A stretch of 64,000 nt of DNA from Lytechinus pictus (taxonomy: Eukaryota), in the NCBI RefSeq assembly GCF_037042905.1, contig NC_087260.1, positions 24,738,001-24,802,000 of the forward strand, written 5' to 3'. The stretch's first letter is position 1. Every line of letters begins with the position of its first letter. The notes below the pieces were generated by a model. The model worked only from the letters and a program-made list of their open reading frames with translations, had not been told where the DNA came from and did not search any database. Shown here piece after piece: positions 60,762 to 64,000 of the stretch. The position numbers and the translations under genes were made by a program.

Positions 60762-62714
60762 CCTCTAAACAGGATCAAGTCCGTATTTTTTCTTGAATAA
60801 CTTTGCTCTAACAAAAAGCACCAAGTAATTTCAAGTGCAACTAGGAACTTTACACTACTAATGTCCGAGAGTCTTTCTTATCAATCTGGTTGTACCCAAG
60901 ATAGCTGCCTTCTGAATGTCGTACATCCGAAGGTGAGGAGAGATCTTGGTTATGCAGGCTTCCATTCCCTTCTTCACCATTCCTGAGTGACCAATGATGA
61001 CTGGTGTGACCTCTGCTTTCACGTTCCACATTCTCTCGATCTCAATCCTTAGGTCTTGATACTTGAGCCGTTTGTCTCTTTCCTTTACAGCAATGTTGAT
61101 ATCATGGGGAACAGAGACCTCAATGATATTTACTACGTTGTTGTCTCTGACGATGATGTCCGGCTTGTTGCAGTTGATGGTTCTATCCGTTAGTATGCCA
61201 CAGTTCCAATATATGGTGCTGTTATTGATCGTGTTGATCGTTTGTGGCTGATGTTCCCAAGCGTGATCACAAGTCATTTTACCGCGATCCTTCAGTAGTT
61301 GCCAATGGATAAGTTTGGCAATATTGTCATGTCTTGTGATGTACTCAGTTCCAGCAAGAGTCGAACATGCTGATACCAAATGCATGATTGTTTCGGTCTC
61401 TTTTCCACACATCCTGCAAGTGTCGTCTGTGTCTGTTCTGAGGATAGATTTTTCGTAGGCACGGGTCCTCACCACCTGGTCCTGAATAGCATAGACGAAC
61501 CCTTCAGTTTCACCTCTTAGTCCCGCCGACTTAAGCCATTGATGTGTGTCTTTCTGGTCTACGAACTCCCGATGCGTCTGTTTTTCATGGTGGCCATGAA
61601 GTCGCTTGGATTTAAGTTGCTCTTGAAGTTTCTTGTGAAAGGAGCATTTAAGTCTTGCCTTCTCTTTTTCACCGTAGGGTAGTGTCAGTCGATGTTGTGC
61701 CAATAAGATAGATGCTTGCTTGTTAATGGAGTATATTGCTTGACATTTATCATAATCGAGGGATATACTCGTCAGTATATCAGGTGGATTGGATAGGTAG
61801 TTGGCGAGGTTCGTTGCTTCCATATTCCAGACCATCTCAATTTGTTGTAGACCTCTTCCTCCAAGATCACGGGGAAGGTACAACCTTTCGATTGCGGCCT
61901 TTGGGTGATGTAATCTGTGCATCGTTAATTGCTTTCTGGTCATAACATCTAGGCCACATATATCAGCTAGTCTCCAGTTAACAATACCAAAACTGTATCT
62001 AAGCACAGGAATGGCTAGAGTGTTGATCGCTTCAATCTTATTTTTGGCATTCAGTTCGGATTTGAGGATCAGCCTGAGTCTTCTTTTGTATTCTGATGTT
62101 GCCTTCTCCTTCATTGTGTTATGGCTAATGACATCATTCTCAGCTATGCCTAGGTATTTATATGTCGAATCATTAGTCAGTTCCTTGATTGATGTTTCCT
62201 CATCTTGCACAAACATGTCGCCTGTATTTACCCTCCTTCCTCGTACAAGTGTAACTTTGGCACACTTGTCTATACCAAACGACATCTTGATGTCATCGCT
62301 GAAATGTTTAACTACTGCTATCATCTTGTGAAGTTCATTGTCATTTTTTGCAAAGAGTTTGATATCATCCATATATATCAGATGGTTTATTGTCGTAGAT
62401 ACATCTTGCCCTTTGTATCTGTAGCCATAACTCGTAGCGTGTAAGAGAGAGCATACTGGATTGAGAGCTAAGCAGAATAAAAGAGGAGATAAGGAATCTC
62501 CTTGAAATATTCCTCTCTTGATTCGGACCCCCTCCACTATCATCGAACGGGTGCCTATCGTAAGCGAAAGAGTAGTGCTCCATTGTTTCATGCCTGCTGA
62601 TATGCACTTGACTATTTGTGGATTGATGTGATACATCTCTAGAACTTTGATGATCCAACTATGTGGTACGCTGTCAAATGCCTTCCTGTAGTCTATCCAA
62701 GCCATGGATAGATT
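60762..62714 (-). mobile_element. 5'-truncated copy D, apparently identical to C (period 1983 bp)
   Basis: Same protein, same truncation point, same interrupted (ATT)n tract. Confidence 0.95.
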
Positions 62715-62744
62715 ATTATTATTATTATTATTATTATTATCATT

Positions 62745-64000
62745 CCTCTAAACAGGATCAAGTCCGTATTTTTTCTTGAATAACTTTGCTCTAACAAAAA
62801 GCACCAAGTAATTTCAAGTGCAACTAGGAACTTTACACTACTAATGTCCGAGAGTCTTTCTTATCAATCTGGTTGTACCCAAGATAGCTGCCTTCTGAAT
62901 GTCGTACATCCGAAAGTGAGGAGAGATCTTGGTTATGCAGGCTTCCATTCCCTTCTTCACCATTCCTGAGTGACCAATGATGACTGGTGTGACCTCTGCT
63001 TTCACGTTCCACATCCTCTCGATCTCAATCCTTAGGTCTTGATACTTGAGCCGTTTGTCTCTTTCCTTTACAGCAATGTTGATATCATGGGGAACAGAGA
63101 CCTCAATGATATTTACTACGTTGTTGTCTCTGACGATGATGTCCGGCTTGTTGCAGTTGATGGTTCTATCCGTTAGTATGCCACAGTTCCAATATATGGT
63201 GCTGTTATTGATCGTGGTGATCGTTTGTGGCTGATGTTCCCAAGCGTGATCACAAGTCATTTTACCGCGATCCTTCAGTAGTTGCCAATGGATAAGTTTG
63301 GCAATATTGTCATGTCTTGTGATGTACTCAGTTCCAGCAAGAGTCGAACATGCTGATACCAAATGCATGATTGTTTCGGTCTCTTTTCCACACATCCTGC
63401 AAGTGTCGTCTGTGTCTGTTCTGAGGATAGATTTTTCGTAGGCACGGGTCCTCACCACCTGGTCCTGAATAGCATAGACGAACCCTTCAGTTTCACCTCT
63501 TAGTCCCGCCGACTTAAGCCATTGATGTGTGTCTTTCTGGTCTAAAAACTCCCGATGCGTCTGTTTTTCATGGTGGCCATGAAGTCGCTTGGATTTAAGT
63601 TGCTCTTGAAGTTTCTTGTGAAAGGAGCATTTAAGTCTTGCCTTCTCTTTTTCACCGTAGGGTAGTGTCAGTCGATGTTGTGCCAATAAGATAGATGCTT
63701 GCTTGTTAATGGAGTATATTGCTTGACATTTATCATAATCGAGGGATATACTCGTCAGTATATCAGGTGGATTGGATAGGTAGTTGGCGAGGTTCGTTGC
63801 TTCCATATTCCAGACCATCTCAATTTGTTGTAGACCTCTTCCTCCAAGATCACGGGGAAGGTACAACCTTTCGATTGCGGCCTTTGGGTGATGTAATCTG
63901 TGCATCGTTAATTGCTTTCTGGTCATAACATCTAGGCCACATATATCAGCTAGTCTCCAGTTAACAATACCAAAACTGTATCTAAGCACAGGAATGGCTA
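62745..64000 (-). mobile_element. Copy E of the element B family, runs off the window
   Basis: Same 3' UTR and RLE; private substitutions EFLDQ and PHFR. Confidence 0.95.

Overview
AT-rich, intron- and transposon-rich animal DNA. It looks like a marine deuterostome, probably a sea urchin; that is an inference from repeat and gene style only. (1) Host gene: a + strand multi-exon gene runs from at least 4093 to 46910 and is open at both ends. It encodes ankyrin repeats, ZU5, a UPA-like domain, a death domain, a Ser/Arg-rich linker, a second ZU5 ending in an HFS motif, and a second UPA-like domain. (2) Introns hold decayed LINEs (Tx1/L1, RTE, L2, CR1-group), tRNA-derived SINEs that share their 3' tail with the L2, hAT-type MITEs with 8-bp TSDs and Helentron-like repeats. 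(3) One intron holds a 9.6-kb, almost wholly palindromic DNA transposon with TAT..ATA ends and a 6-bp TSD (IS3EU-like). Nested in it is a TAG..CTA element with a 9-bp TSD and a RecQ helicase remnant (AcademH-like). (4) The last 17 kb are a head-to-tail stack of at least five R4/Dong-type RT-RLE retrotransposons on the - strand, starting in the (ATT)n tail of a SINE. One carries an unusual 1224-aa upstream ORF with five copies of the Dong N-terminal helical (Myb-like) domain separated by Asp/Asn-rich spacers. That ORF overlaps the RT-RLE frame in the -1 position at an in-phase G_GGA_AAA heptamer.
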